A stretch of 64,000 bases of DNA from positions 77,622 to 141,621 of the forward strand of contig JACQWY010000002.1 of NCBI GenBank assembly GCA_016209015.1, in the 5' to 3' direction. Shown in pieces: positions 36,738-47,113 of the stretch. The position numbers and the translations under genes are program-made. The DNA comes from Gammaproteobacteria bacterium. GTDB taxonomy: Bacteria; Pseudomonadota; Gammaproteobacteria; Ga0077536. Position 1 is the first letter of the stretch; every line of letters starts with the position of its first letter. Below the pieces are notes generated by a model. The model did no database searches. It was not told the origin of the DNA and worked only from the letters and a program-made list of their open reading frames with translations.

Positions 36738-36765
36738 GGAAAGGGGGTCAGGTTCGATATCCCGG
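36738..36765. repeat. Solo half-copy of the GGGAAATGGGGTCAGGTTCGAATTCGCGG repeat family (left arm only)
   Basis: GGAAAGGGGGTCAGGTTCGATATCCCGG matches about 24 of 29 positions of the left arm of the maeB-flanking repeats. No partner arm is nearby. Confidence 0.3.
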
Positions 36766-36831
36766 ATGACACCGGTCGGATCGGCACCGTGACCGTCGGA
36801 GACATCGAGCCTGCCCCGTCTCCCGAAGCGC

Positions 36832-37674
36832 CTACCCCTGATCCAGCGCCCCCGCGACGCACTCCACGAACGCCTCCTCCGAGCTGACGCTACCGAGCAC
36901 GTCCGCGCCGATCGTGTAGCCGTGATCGCGGGCGATCGCCTCGTAGCGCGGGATGCGCGCCTGGAAGAGGCGCGGGAACATCCAGAGCACGAACTCGTCG
37001 GGCACGATGTCCTCGATGCGCGCGATGCCGCGCTCTTTCCGGAACACGGCGAGCTCGGCGTCGAGGAAGGGCTCGCGGTAGTAGAGCGGCTTCGGATCGA
37101 GCTCGGCGCGGCGCATGAGCTCGCGGCCGTACTCCGGCGTCGCTTCGATATAGACGATGAGCGTGTCGCGGGCGAGCACGTCGAGCACGTCGGGATCGTC
37201 GAGCTCGCAGAGGCTGCCTGCCGAGTCGTTCACGAAATGGCGGTAGCCGTAGATCTCGTGCGCCTTCGTGATGAACGCCGGCACGTCGAGCATCGCCGCG
37301 ACCTCGGCATCGCGATAGAGCTTCTGCCGGCGCTTGAACTCGAGGAGCGCGAGCCCGCCGAGCGACGGCATGCCGAGCTTGCCGAGGAAGGTGAGCACGG
37401 CGGTGAGGTTGTCGACGGTGATGTTGTTCGAGATGTAGATGGAATCTGCACGCAGCAGCTCGCGCAGGAACGGCACCTGCATCGCCTGGCGCTTGATGTT
37501 GTCGAGGATCGGCTCGTTGAGATAACGCGTGCCGATGCGGTAATCCGCGGAGTAGTGGAACCAGTGCGCGTGGCGCAGACAGGTCGAGAGGTGCGTCTTG
37601 CCCACGCCCGACATGCCGAGCAGAGTCACCGATTTCCGATCCCAGCGCCGGAATTCTGAAGCCGTCATTCGCAT
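36832..37674 (-). CDS. Uncharacterized P-loop NTPase (Walker A GMSGVGKT)
   Basis: ORF track. Walker A is near the N-terminus (VTLLGMSGVGKTHLS). I recognise no other family signature. It lies between two acyl-CoA dehydrogenase genes. Confidence 0.45.
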   Translation of the reverse strand: MRMTASEFRRWDRKSVTLLGMSGVGKTHLSTCLRHAHWFHYSADYRIGTRYLNEPILDNIKRQAMQVPFLRELLRADSIYISNNITVDNLTAVLTFLGKLGMPSLGGLALLEFKRRQKLYRDAEVAAMLDVPAFITKAHEIYGYRHFVNDSAGSLCELDDPDVLDVLARDTLIVYIEATPEYGRELMRRAELDPKPLYYREPFLDAELAVFRKERGIARIEDIVPDEFVLWMFPRLFQARIPRYEAIARDHGYTIGADVLGSVSSEEAFVECVAGALDQG

Positions 37675-37705
37675 GCGCGCATGCTACCAAGCGAAAGCAA
37701 GTTAT

Positions 37706-37775
37706 CAACAGGGGTCGGAGGGACTTTCTCGTTCTCGCACGCTAAAGCAAAAGTCCCTCCGACCCCTGTGGATAA
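37706..37775. repeat. Long near-perfect inverted repeat (27-bp arms, ~22-nt spacer) between two minus-strand genes
   Basis: GTTATCAACAGGGGTCGGAGGGACTTT ... AAAGTCCCTCCGACCCCTGTGGATAAG. There is one mismatch in 27 bp. Confidence 0.5.
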
Positions 37776-37801
37776 GTGGGCGATACGTTGCGGTATGGCG
37801 C

Positions 37802-38950
37802 TCAGTCGCCGGCGACGAGTGTGCGGCCGATGATCTCCTTCATGATTTCGGACGAGCCGCCGGCGATGCGCGAGACGCGGTTGTCGGCCCAGGCGCGCGT
37901 GATCGGATATTCCCACATGTAGCCGTAGCCGCCGTGCATCTGCACGCAGTCGTCGAGCACCCGCCAGAGCGATTCCGTCGCGTGCAGCTTCGCCATCGCG
38001 GCATCGACCGCGTCGAGCGCGCCTTCGAGATGGCGCAGGAGACAGGCATCGATGAACGTCCGGGTGACTGTCGTGAGCGTCTTCAGCTCCGCGAGCTTGA
38101 AGCGCGTGTTCTGAAAGCCCGCGAGCGTGCGGCCGAACGCCTCGCGCTCGTTCACGTAGCGCACCGTCCACTCGAGCGCCGCCTCCATCACCGCCGTCGA
38201 GCGCAGCGCGACGACGAGCCGTTCCTGCGGGAGCTGTTCGATGAGCTGAACGAAGCCGCGCCCCTCGACACCGAGCAGATTCGTCACCGGCACGCGGCAG
38301 TCGTTGAAGAAGAGCTCCGAATTGTCCTGGGCATGGAAGCCCGCCTTCTGCAGCCTGCGGCCGCGCTCGAAGCCCGGGCGGTCGCGTTCGACGAGGAGCA
38401 GGCTGATTCCTTTCGCGCCGAGCGCCGGGTCCGTCTTGCAGGCGAGGATGATCAGATCCGCGAGCCCGCCGTTCGAGATGAACGTCTTCTGACCGTTCAC
38501 GACGTAGTCCGCGTCCTCGCGCCGCGCATGCGTCTTGATCGCCTGCAGATCGGAACCCGCCGACGGCTCGGTCATCGCGATCGCGGTGATCGTCTCGCCG
38601 GTGCAGAGCTTCGGCAGCCAGGTGTGCTTCTGCGCCTCCGTGCCGTAGTGCACGAGATAGGGTGCGACGATTTCCGAATGCAGATGGAACGACGCGCCGG
38701 CATAACCCGCGCGGCCGAACTCTTCGACGACGATCGCGCCGAAGCGGAAATCCGCGCCCGCGCCGCCGTATTCCTCCGGCACGCACGGACAGAGGATGCC
38801 GGCCTCGCCCGCGGCGAGATAGACCTCGCGGCTCACCGAGCCCGCCTTCTCCCACGCCGCGTAATGCGGCGCGACCTCCTTGTCGATGAAGCGGCGGACG
38901 GTGTCGCGGAACGCTTCGTGCTCCGGCTCGAAGAGGGTTCTCGGGATCAT
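37802..38950 (-). CDS. Acyl-CoA dehydrogenase
   Basis: 382 aa. Classical ACAD motifs: AIAMTEPSAGSD, GQKTFISNGGLAD, MHGGYGYMWEYPITRAWADNRVSRIAGGSSEIMKEIIGR. Confidence 0.8.
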   Translation of the reverse strand: MIPRTLFEPEHEAFRDTVRRFIDKEVAPHYAAWEKAGSVSREVYLAAGEAGILCPCVPEEYGGAGADFRFGAIVVEEFGRAGYAGASFHLHSEIVAPYLVHYGTEAQKHTWLPKLCTGETITAIAMTEPSAGSDLQAIKTHARREDADYVVNGQKTFISNGGLADLIILACKTDPALGAKGISLLLVERDRPGFERGRRLQKAGFHAQDNSELFFNDCRVPVTNLLGVEGRGFVQLIEQLPQERLVVALRSTAVMEAALEWTVRYVNEREAFGRTLAGFQNTRFKLAELKTLTTVTRTFIDACLLRHLEGALDAVDAAMAKLHATESLWRVLDDCVQMHGGYGYMWEYPITRAWADNRVSRIAGGSSEIMKEIIGRTLVAGD

Positions 38951-39029
38951 GCAGGGCTCACTCGCGGACGTGGAAGGACACGCGGGATCCTAGCGGCGGC
39001 GGCGGCGCCCGCCATGATCCGGATCCGGA

Positions 39030-42000
39030 TCAGGCGCGCTTGAGCCTGCGCAGCGCGTGCTGCTGGAGCGCCGCGACGAGGTGCTCGAGCTCGATCGGTT
39101 TCGCGAGGTGCGCGACCATGCCCGCCGCGTGACACTTCGCGCTCTCCTCGGCCATCGCGTGCGCGGTCTGCCCGACGATCGGCAGATGCGGCGCGATTTC
39201 GAGGATGCGGCGCGTCGCCTCGTAGCCGTCCATCTCCGGCATCTGGATGTCCATGAGGATCGCATCGAACTCCGCATGCCCGCCGGCCGCGATGCGGGCG
39301 ACCGCCTGGCGGCCGTCGCCGACGATTTCATAGGCCGCGCCCTCGCCCTGCAGGAAGTCTTCGAGCACGAGGCAGTTCACCGTGTTGTCTTCGGCGACGA
39401 GCACTTTCATACCCGCGAGGCGGCGCTGGCCGGGCGCCGGGGGCAGCGGTTCCGCCGCCGGCAGCGCATCGGGCGGGGCCTCGACGAGCGGCAGACGCAG
39501 GTCGAACGTGCTGCCTTCGCCGGGCCGGCTCTCGACGCGGATCTCGCCGCCCATCAGCGCCGCGAGCTGGCGGCAGATCGTGAGCCCGAGCCCGCTGCCG
39601 CCGTAGCGGCGCGTCGTCGAGGAATCGCCCTGCCGGAACGGCTCGAAGATCTGCGTGAGCTGCTCCGCGCTCATGCCGGTCCCGGTGTCGGCGACCCGGA
39701 ACGACAGCATCGCGCCGGCCCGCGCCACCGTGAGCGTCACTTCGCCCCGGCTCGTGAACTTCAGCGCGTTCGACAGCAGGTTCGTCAGGATCTGGCGCAA
39801 GCGCAGCGGATCCGCGAGGCAGGCCGCAGGGAGGTCGTCCGCGAAGCGCGCCGCGAGTACGAGACCCTTGTCCTCGGCCTGGGCGCGGAACAGCTCCACG
39901 CTCTCGAGCGCGACCTGGCGCGGCTGGACGGCGATCGATTCGACATCGAGCTTGCCCGCCTCGATTTTCGAGAAGTCGAGCACGTCGTCGATGATCCCGA
40001 GCAGCATGCGGCCGGATTCCAGGATGCGGCGGAACATCTGCTCGGTGCGTGGCTCGCGCGCGCTGTCGCGCTGTCCGATTTGCGCGAACGCGAGCACGCC
40101 GTGCAGCGGCGTGCGGATCTCGTGACTCATGTTCGCAAGGAACGCGCTCTTCGCCTGCGCGTAGCGCTCGGCCTCGAGCCGGGCCTTCTCGAGCCGGGCG
40201 ATGAGCTCGAGATTCGCGAGACCGATCGCCGCGGCGTCGGCGAGCGCCCGCTGCAGGCGGAGCTCTTCCGGGCTCGCGCGATGCGGCCGCGCCCAGTAGC
40301 AGCCGAGCGCGCCGGAAGCCGTCGGCCGTCCGACCGGCACGATCGAGAGCGCACGCACGAAAGTGTGCCCGTAAGCCTCCTCGGGCACGTCCGGGTGGCC
40401 GGCCGTGTCCTCGATGATGTCGGGCTCGCCGCGCTCCATGACGCGTCCCGACACGCGTTGCGCGAGCAGGAAACGCTGGCCCTGCCACAAGGGGGTTATC
40501 GCGTCCTCTCCGACGTAGTGACACTGCTCCTCGTCGCGCAGCACGACCGTTGCCCCATCGCAGCCGATGATGCTGCGCGTCGCGCGGCAGACGATGGCGA
40601 GCAGTTCGGGCAGCGTGCGCACGCCCGCCATCTCGCCCACCGCCTCGGTGAGCTGGTGCAGGCGCTCGAGCGCGAGCTTGCGCTCCGTGATGTCCTGGCA
40701 GGTGCCGAACGCGCTCATCACTTTGCCCGCGGCGTCGCGTTCGAGTTCGGCGCACTCGCGGCACCAGCGCACCGCGCCGTCGACGAGAATGCGATGCTCG
40801 AAATCGTACGGCCGCCCCGCGAGCGCCCCGTCCCAGGCCCCTGCGAGAGCATCGCGATCCTCGGGATGCACGGCCGCGAGGAAATCCGCGAACTCGAGCG
40901 GCCGTCCCTGCGGAATGCCGAACAGCCGGTAGAGCTCGTTCGACCAGCGCAGCTCGTTCGTCGCGGTATCGAGACGCCAGCTCCCGATGTGGCCCATGGC
41001 CTGCGCGCGTTCGAGATCGTGCCGCGCCTCGGTGAGCGCGCGCTCGGCGAGCACATGTTCGGTGACGTCTAGCTTCGCGCCGATCGCGGTCAGCGGCCGG
41101 CCGTCCTCATCGCGGACGATCACGGCCCGGTCCTTCACCCAGGCGTAGCCGCCCGCGGGGGTCATGATGCGGTAGTCGCAGTACCAGGCGTCCGCGCCGG
41201 CGAGCGCCGCGGCGAACGACGCCGTGACGCGAGCGCGATCCTCGGGATGCAGCCGGCTCTCCCACCACGCACTCGATTCGCCGTCCTCCGGCATGCGCCC
41301 GAAGAGCTCGCGGTAGGCGTCGTTCCATTGCACCGTGCCGTCGACGAGGTTGCGCTCCCAGATCGCTTCCTTCGCAGCTTGCGTGGCGAGCCGGTAGCGC
41401 GCCTCGCTTGCCGCGAGCGCCGCCTCGGCGCGGCGGCGTCCGGAGATATCGATCACCGCACCCAGCACGCTGCGCCGCCCGCCTTCGAGGGCGCTGCGGC
41501 CGTGCGACTCGAGCGCGATGCGCCGGCCGTCGCGGGTGAGGCCGGTGAACGCATAACGGACGTCGTCCGCCTCGCCGCTCGCCCGCCGGCGCAGATTCTC
41601 GGCGACCTGGACGCGATCTTCGGGCGCCACGAGATCGAGCACCGCGGCCGACTCGATGAGCTCGGCCGGGCTCGCGTAACCGAACATCGTCGCGAGCGCC
41701 TCGTTCACGTAGCGGAACCGCTCGCCCTCGATGACGTACACGCCGACGAGTGACTGGCCCGCGAGCGCCTCGAGCCGCGCCGCATCGCGCTCGCTCCCGG
41801 CGCGGCGCACCTGTTCGAACAACAGGCAGACGAGCACGCCCATCGCCGTGAACATCGCGAGGAGCAACGTATCCTCGAGCTCGGGCAGCGCGAAGGACAG
41901 ACGGGGCGGCATGAACAGATACCAGGCGAGCAGCGCGCAAGCCGCCGTCGTGACGAGCCCGGCCTCGAGGCCGCCGAGCCAGGCTGCGGCGAACACCGCG

Positions 42001-42152
42001 GGATACATGAACAGCCATGGCGAGGGCGAGATGTGCTCCCACGCGAGCCATTGCAGGCCGGTCGCGAGCAGCGTCGCGAGCACGCCCACGGCGAGGCCGT
42101 AGCGGCGCGCCACGGGGCCGTTCGCGGGGCCGCTCAGGGGCCGGAACGTCAC
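39030..42152 (-). CDS. Hybrid sensor histidine kinase/response regulator with N-terminal membrane module and multiple PAS/GAF domains
   Basis: 1040 aa. TM segments at the N-terminus. Repeated PAS-like blocks. HisKA: MSHEIRTPLHGVLAF. HATPase: ADTGTGMSAEQLTQIFEPF...GGSGLGLTIC. C-terminal REC: VLVAEDNTVNCLVL...ILMDIQMPEMDGYE. Confidence 0.8.
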   Translation of the reverse strand: MTFRPLSGPANGPVARRYGLAVGVLATLLATGLQWLAWEHISPSPWLFMYPAVFAAAWLGGLEAGLVTTAACALLAWYLFMPPRLSFALPELEDTLLLAMFTAMGVLVCLLFEQVRRAGSERDAARLEALAGQSLVGVYVIEGERFRYVNEALATMFGYASPAELIESAAVLDLVAPEDRVQVAENLRRRASGEADDVRYAFTGLTRDGRRIALESHGRSALEGGRRSVLGAVIDISGRRRAEAALAASEARYRLATQAAKEAIWERNLVDGTVQWNDAYRELFGRMPEDGESSAWWESRLHPEDRARVTASFAAALAGADAWYCDYRIMTPAGGYAWVKDRAVIVRDEDGRPLTAIGAKLDVTEHVLAERALTEARHDLERAQAMGHIGSWRLDTATNELRWSNELYRLFGIPQGRPLEFADFLAAVHPEDRDALAGAWDGALAGRPYDFEHRILVDGAVRWCRECAELERDAAGKVMSAFGTCQDITERKLALERLHQLTEAVGEMAGVRTLPELLAIVCRATRSIIGCDGATVVLRDEEQCHYVGEDAITPLWQGQRFLLAQRVSGRVMERGEPDIIEDTAGHPDVPEEAYGHTFVRALSIVPVGRPTASGALGCYWARPHRASPEELRLQRALADAAAIGLANLELIARLEKARLEAERYAQAKSAFLANMSHEIRTPLHGVLAFAQIGQRDSAREPRTEQMFRRILESGRMLLGIIDDVLDFSKIEAGKLDVESIAVQPRQVALESVELFRAQAEDKGLVLAARFADDLPAACLADPLRLRQILTNLLSNALKFTSRGEVTLTVARAGAMLSFRVADTGTGMSAEQLTQIFEPFRQGDSSTTRRYGGSGLGLTICRQLAALMGGEIRVESRPGEGSTFDLRLPLVEAPPDALPAAEPLPPAPGQRRLAGMKVLVAEDNTVNCLVLEDFLQGEGAAYEIVGDGRQAVARIAAGGHAEFDAILMDIQMPEMDGYEATRRILEIAPHLPIVGQTAHAMAEESAKCHAAGMVAHLAKPIELEHLVAALQQHALRRLKRA

Positions 42153-42405
42153 GTGCCGCGGTGGGCGGGGTCGGAGCGCGGCGGAATGGCCGGCGGTCGG
42201 GCGGCGGCGCGGACGGACGCGGACGACCCGTCGGGGGCGCAGGGCCGCGAGGAGGGGATGACTGTGCTCGGGCTCATCATGTCTGGCATGGGACTCCGTG
42301 CGCCAAGGTCCTGCAGAGCGGCTGCGCGAGCGGCGGAGTTCCCTCCGCCTCGCAAGGTGCCCCGAGTGTAGCCGCCGGGTTGTGGCCAGACAACCGGCGC
42401 CGCGT

Positions 42406-43356
42406 TCACGGCTGCGGCGAGATGCCCTTCAGATATTTGAAGATGTCGCTGTCCGTCGAGAGGATCAGCGTCGTGTTCTTCGCGATCGCGTCGCGGTAGA
42501 TCTCCATGCTGCGCGTGAACTCGTAGAAGCGCACGGCCTCCGGGCTCTGGTTGTAGGCCTTCGCATAGATCTCCGTCGCCCTCGCGTCCGCCGCGCCGCG
42601 GATCTCCTGCACCTGGCGATACGCTTCCGATCGGATCTTGTTCAGATCGCGCTCGCGGTTGCCGCGGATGCGCGCCGCTTCGCCGTTGCCCTCGGAGCGG
42701 AAACGCTCGGCGATCTGCCGGCGCTCGCTGATCATGCGATCGTAGATCTTCGGCTGCACGCTGCGGTTGTAGTTGATGCGCTTGAAGCGGATGTCGAGCA
42801 GCTCGATGCCGAAGACCTTCACCTTCTCCGCCGCCGCCGCGTAGATCTCCTCCTCGACGGCCTTGCGGCCCTTGCGGATCGGCACGAGCGTGGCATTCGC
42901 CTCGCCGAGCGAGGCATCCTTGAGCGGCGCGCGATCCTTCGTCGTGCGGACGATTTCGATCAGTGCGTGCTTCGCGATGGCGTTGCGCGTCTCGCTGCCG
43001 AGGATGTCGTCGAGCCGCGACTGCGCGCTGCGCTCGTCGTGCAGCCGCAAGTAGTACTGCAGCGGATCGGTGATGCGCCAGCGGCCGTAGAGATCGACGG
43101 TGATGTAGAGCTTGTCCTCGGTCGGCATGTCGGAGGGGCTGCCGTCCCATTCCAGGATGCGCTTCTCGATGCGGTTGACCTCCTGCACGAACGGCGTCTT
43201 GAGCTTGAGTCCCGCGGTCGTCACGGGCTTCACGACAGGCTTGCCGAACTGCGTGATGATGACCTGCTCGAGCTCGTTGACGGTGTAGATGGAGTCGTAA
43301 GCGGCGAACAGCGCGAAGGCGAGCGCGAGGTAGCCGAGAATCTTCACGAGGCTCAT
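42406..43356 (-). CDS. hflC: Protease modulator HflC (SPFH/band-7)
   Basis: Start MSLVKILGYLALAFALFAAY from residue arithmetic. The SPFH domain is present. The start ATGA overlaps the hflK stop. Confidence 0.8.
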   Translation of the reverse strand: MSLVKILGYLALAFALFAAYDSIYTVNELEQVIITQFGKPVVKPVTTAGLKLKTPFVQEVNRIEKRILEWDGSPSDMPTEDKLYITVDLYGRWRITDPLQYYLRLHDERSAQSRLDDILGSETRNAIAKHALIEIVRTTKDRAPLKDASLGEANATLVPIRKGRKAVEEEIYAAAAEKVKVFGIELLDIRFKRINYNRSVQPKIYDRMISERRQIAERFRSEGNGEAARIRGNRERDLNKIRSEAYRQVQEIRGAADARATEIYAKAYNQSPEAVRFYEFTRSMEIYRDAIAKNTTLILSTDSDIFKYLKGISPQP

Positions 43357-44378
43357 TGCTGCTCCTCCTGGACGGGCGCCTGCGGCGCCGCCGGGATCTC
43401 GGCCGCGGCGGCGGCCGCGCTCTCCGGCGTGCTGTTGTCGAGATGGAGCAGCGGCAACATGCGCTGCGTCTTCTCGTCGACGACGATCTTCGAGCGGATC
43501 TCCGGCAACACCTGCTGCAGCGTCTCGAGATAGAGCCGGCGCTTCGTCACGTCCGGCGCCTTGAGGTATTCCGCGAGCACGGCGTCGAAACGCGCGGCGT
43601 CGCCCTCCGCCTCGTTCACGCGCTTGAGGCGGTAGCCCTCCGCCTCCTGGATGCGCTGATCCTTCTCGCCCTCGGCGAGCGGCACGACCTTGTTGTAGGC
43701 CTGGCGCGCCTCGTTGATGAGCTTCTCCTTCTCCTGCTGTGCCTGGTTCACCTCGTTGAACGAAGCCTGCACCGGCACGGGCGGATTGATGTTCTTCAAC
43801 TGCACCTGGTCGATGCTGATGCCGAGCTCGTATTTCTTCGCGAGTGCCTGCATGCGCGCGAGCGCCTCGATCTCGATTTCCTGGCGGCCGATCGTGATGA
43901 CCTCGTCCACCGTGCGATCGCCGACGACCTCGCGCATCGCGGATTCGGAGACGTCGCGCAGCGCCATCGAGGGTTCGCGGGCCTTGAACAGGAACGTCGT
44001 CGGATCGGCGATGCGGTACTGCACGACCCACTCGACGAGCGCCGCATTGAGATCGCCCGTCACCATCTGCGTCTCCTTCGCGGCGTCCTGCGCGACCTGG
44101 TAGGGATTCGTCGCGCCCGGGGTACCGAAACCGAACTCCTGTTTCAACTGGCGCTTCACGGGCAGCTTCGTCGCGATGTCCATGCCGAGCGGCAGCTTGA
44201 AGTGCAGGCCCGGCTCGACGACTTTCAGAAACCGGCCGAAGCGCTGCACGACCGCGACGGAATCGCCGGGCACGGTGTAATACGTCGACATCACCGCGAG
44301 CAGAGCGAGCAGCAGCGGCAAGGCGAGCCGCAATACGCGATCGCGCAGCGCAGTCACCCGATCGAGATCGATCACCAT
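43353..44378 (-). CDS. hflK: Protease modulator HflK (SPFH/band-7)
   Basis: Start MVIDLDRVTAL at 44378. The complement of ATG was verified, and GGAGG lies upstream. The SPFH domain and an Ala/Gln-rich C-terminus are present. Confidence 0.8.
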   Translation of the reverse strand: MVIDLDRVTALRDRVLRLALPLLLALLAVMSTYYTVPGDSVAVVQRFGRFLKVVEPGLHFKLPLGMDIATKLPVKRQLKQEFGFGTPGATNPYQVAQDAAKETQMVTGDLNAALVEWVVQYRIADPTTFLFKAREPSMALRDVSESAMREVVGDRTVDEVITIGRQEIEIEALARMQALAKKYELGISIDQVQLKNINPPVPVQASFNEVNQAQQEKEKLINEARQAYNKVVPLAEGEKDQRIQEAEGYRLKRVNEAEGDAARFDAVLAEYLKAPDVTKRRLYLETLQQVLPEIRSKIVVDEKTQRMLPLLHLDNSTPESAAAAAAEIPAAPQAPVQEEQQ

Positions 44379-44440
44379 TCGAGCCTCCCCAACTTTTCCG
44401 TGTCCGGGGCCGAGCATACGCTGGCCACCTGCGGATTAGT

Positions 44441-44613
44441 AGGTTGCCATGAAAGAGCGGCGGCGCCGGCGGGAAATGGGGTCAGGTTCGAATTCGCGGG
44501 GGAGCGCCCGGGTACGCGCCATTACGTTCGCCGCGAAATCGAACCTGACCCCAATTCCCTCTACGCGTCTTTCATAATTGCGGGCGCTGCTGCACAAACT
44601 TCATGACTGTTGG
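44441..44613. repeat. MITE/REP-like palindromic repeat, copy 1 (family with 21-bp arms GGGGTCAGGTTCGAATTCGCG / CGCGAAATCGAACCTGACCCC)
   Basis: Read directly. It is about 170 bp and about 90% identical to copy 2 at 47114..47284. Terminal inverted arms flank a ~35-nt spacer. Confidence 0.6.
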
Positions 44614-44748
44614 GCTGACGCAGGAAGCCCAACACCCGAAGTTTCATCGAGCGACAGCGACCCGCCCGGAGCTTGCAGGATCCTGCCGTCGACGAAGCAG
44701 TTGCACGCCGCAGTGTTGGGCTTCCTGCGTCAGCCCCACCTGCGCCAT
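44609..44748. repeat. Pair of 28-bp inverted repeats (GTTGGGCTGACGCAGGAAGCCCAACAC / revcomp) spaced ~85 bp apart, in the maeB 5' region
   Basis: Read directly. This is a second structured element adjoining repeat copy 1, immediately upstream of the maeB start at 44818. Confidence 0.4.
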
Positions 44749-44817
44749 CCCTGCGCTTGCCTCTCCCCCGCATCGGATGCATCGTAAGCGCCCCACCCGA
44801 TCCACGGTAGATGCCAG

Positions 44818-47103
44818 ATGACGAATCCGTTCCTCGAAGCCGCGCTCGATTACCACCGCAAGCCCGTCCCGGGCAAGATTTCCGTCACACCGACGAAGGC
44901 GCTCCTGAACCAGCGCGACCTCTCGCTCGCCTACTCGCCCGGCGTCGCCGCGGCCTGCGAGGCGATCGTGCGCGACTCGGGCGAAGTCTCGGCGCTGACC
45001 GCGCGCGGCAATCTCGTCGGCGTGGTGACGAACGGCACGGCGGTGCTCGGCCTCGGGCCGATCGGCCCGCTCGCCGCGAAGCCCGTGATGGAAGGCAAAG
45101 CCGTGCTGTTCAAGAAGTTCGCCGGCATCGACGTCTTCGACATCGAATTGAACGAAACGGATCCCGATCGCCTCGTCGACGTCATCGCCGCGCTCGAGCC
45201 GACGTTCGGTGGCATCAACCTCGAGGACATCAAGGCGCCGGACTGCTTCTACGTCGAGCGCAAGCTGCGCGAGCGTCTCAAGATCCCGGTCTTCCACGAC
45301 GACCAGCACGGCACGGCGATCATCACGAGCGCGGCGGTGACGAACGGCCTGCGCGTCGTCGGCAAGAAATTGAACGAAGTGAAGCTCGTCTGCAGCGGCG
45401 CGGGCGCGGCGGCGCTCGCCTGCCTCGATCTGCTCGTTCACCTCGGCCTCGACATGAAGAACGTCTGGGTCTACGACAAGTTCGGCGTCGTCTATACCGG
45501 GCGCCGCGAGGAGATGGACGAGAACAAGGTGCGCTACGCGAAGGACACGGACAAACGCACGTTGACGGACATCATTCCGGACGCGGACATCTTCCTCGGA
45601 CTCTCGGCCGGCAATGTGCTGAAGCCCGAGATGGTGAAGCTCATGGCCGCCCGCCCGCTCATCCTCGCGCTCGCGAACCCGACGCCCGAGATCCTGCCCG
45701 AGCTCGCGAAGGAGGCGCGCCCGGATTGCATCGTCGCGACCGGCCGCTCGGACTATCCGAACCAGGTCAACAACGTGCTGTGCTTCCCGTTCATGTTCCG
45801 CGGTGCGCTCGACGTCGGCGCGACGACCATCACCCGCGAGATGGAGCTCGCCGCAGTGCAGGCAATAGCCGAGCTCGCGTACGCCGAGCAGAGCGAGGTC
45901 GTGGCCGCGGCGTACGGTGATCAGGTGCAGCCGTTCGGGCCCGAGTACCTCATCCCCAAGCCTTTCGATCCGCGCCTCATCGTGAAGATCGCGCCGGCCG
46001 TCGCGCGCGCCGCGATGATCTCCGGCGTCGCGACGCGCCCCATACCCGATTTCGGGGCCTACGAAGAGCAGCTCAAGGTCTTCGTCTATCACTCGGGGCT
46101 GCTGATGAAGCCCGTCTTCGCGGCCGCGAAGGCGAACCGCAAGCGCATCGTGTTCGCCGAGGGCGAGGACGAGCGCATCCTGCGCGCGACGCAGGTCGTC
46201 GTCGACGAGGGTCTCGCGCAACCGATCCTCGTCGGCCGGCCGGACGTCGTCGAGGCGCGCATCAGACAATACGGCTTGCGCATCCGCCCGGACGTCGACT
46301 TCGAGCTCGTCAATCCGAACAGCGACGCGCGCTACAAGGACTACTGGCAGAGCTACTACGCGCTCACCGAACGCATGGGCGTGACGGCGGAATACGCAAA
46401 GATCGAAATGCGGCGGCGCTTGACGCTCATCGGCGCGATGCTCGTCCGCAAGGGTGATGCCGATGGCCTCGTCTGCGGCACGCTGGGCACGCACGCCCAG
46501 CATCTGCGCTACATCGATCGCGCCATCGGCCGCCTGCCCGGCACGTCGATCTACGCGGCGATGAACGGGCTGCTCCTGCCGAATCAGACGGTGTTCGTCT
46601 GCGACACGTACGTGAACTACGATCCGACCGCGGAAGAGCTCTGCGAGATGACGATCCTCGCCGCGGAGATGGTGAAACGCTTCGGCTTGATGCCCAAGAT
46701 CGCGCTCGTCTCGCATTCGAGCTTCGGCACCTACGACACGCCGAGCGCGAAGAAGATGCAGCGCGCGACGAAGCTCCTCTGGGAGCACGCGCCCGAGCTC
46801 GAGGTCGAAGGCGAGATGCACGGCGACGCCGCGCTCTCGGAGGAAGTGCGCCTCGCCGTCTTCCCGCGGGCGAAGCTGAAAGGCGCGGCGAATCTGCTCA
46901 TCATGCCCTCGCTCGACGCCGCGAACATCGGCTTCAATCTGCTGAAGCAGGCAGCCGGTGAAGGTCTGACGATAGGCCCGATCCTGCTCGGCGCCGCGAA
47001 GCCGGTGAACATCCTCACGCCGACGGCGACGGTCCGCCGCATCGTGAATCTCACGGCGCTGACGGCGGTGGAGAGTGCGCTCGAGGCGAATGGGGCGGCG
47101 TAG
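44818..47103 (+). CDS. maeB: NADP-dependent malic enzyme (malate dehydrogenase, decarboxylating) with C-terminal phosphotransacetylase-like domain
   Basis: 761 aa. Malic enzyme motifs: [31 protein letters not shown](P)-binding VCSGAGAAA. The C-terminal ~330 aa are a PTA-like domain. Confidence 0.9.
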   Translation: MTNPFLEAALDYHRKPVPGKISVTPTKALLNQRDLSLAYSPGVAAACEAIVRDSGEVSALTARGNLVGVVTNGTAVLGLGPIGPLAAKPVMEGKAVLFKKFAGIDVFDIELNETDPDRLVDVIAALEPTFGGINLEDIKAPDCFYVERKLRERLKIPVFHDDQHGTAIITSAAVTNGLRVVGKKLNEVKLVCSGAGAAALACLDLLVHLGLDMKNVWVYDKFGVVYTGRREEMDENKVRYAKDTDKRTLTDIIPDADIFLGLSAGNVLKPEMVKLMAARPLILALANPTPEILPELAKEARPDCIVATGRSDYPNQVNNVLCFPFMFRGALDVGATTITREMELAAVQAIAELAYAEQSEVVAAAYGDQVQPFGPEYLIPKPFDPRLIVKIAPAVARAAMISGVATRPIPDFGAYEEQLKVFVYHSGLLMKPVFAAAKANRKRIVFAEGEDERILRATQVVVDEGLAQPILVGRPDVVEARIRQYGLRIRPDVDFELVNPNSDARYKDYWQSYYALTERMGVTAEYAKIEMRRRLTLIGAMLVRKGDADGLVCGTLGTHAQHLRYIDRAIGRLPGTSIYAAMNGLLLPNQTVFVCDTYVNYDPTAEELCEMTILAAEMVKRFGLMPKIALVSHSSFGTYDTPSAKKMQRATKLLWEHAPELEVEGEMHGDAALSEEVRLAVFPRAKLKGAANLLIMPSLDAANIGFNLLKQAAGEGLTIGPILLGAAKPVNILTPTATVRRIVNLTALTAVESALEANGAA

Positions 47104-47113
47104 TAGAGGCGTG

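Noticed and set aside
37750-37775. DnaA-box-like TTATCCACA at the end of the long inverted repeat
   Set aside because: It is a single box inside a palindrome. There is no cluster of boxes and no AT-rich DUE, so it is not an origin.
42149-43150. 333-aa minus-strand ORF overlapping hflC in another frame
   Set aside because: The alternative frame of a clearly conserved HflC gene has low-complexity RG-rich translation.
44460-44560. tRNA-like T-loop sequence GGTTCGAATTC inside the maeB-flanking repeats
   Set aside because: No acceptor stem, D-arm or anticodon arm can be drawn. The sequence is part of a long perfect palindrome present in two copies, which is a MITE/REP feature rather than a tRNA.
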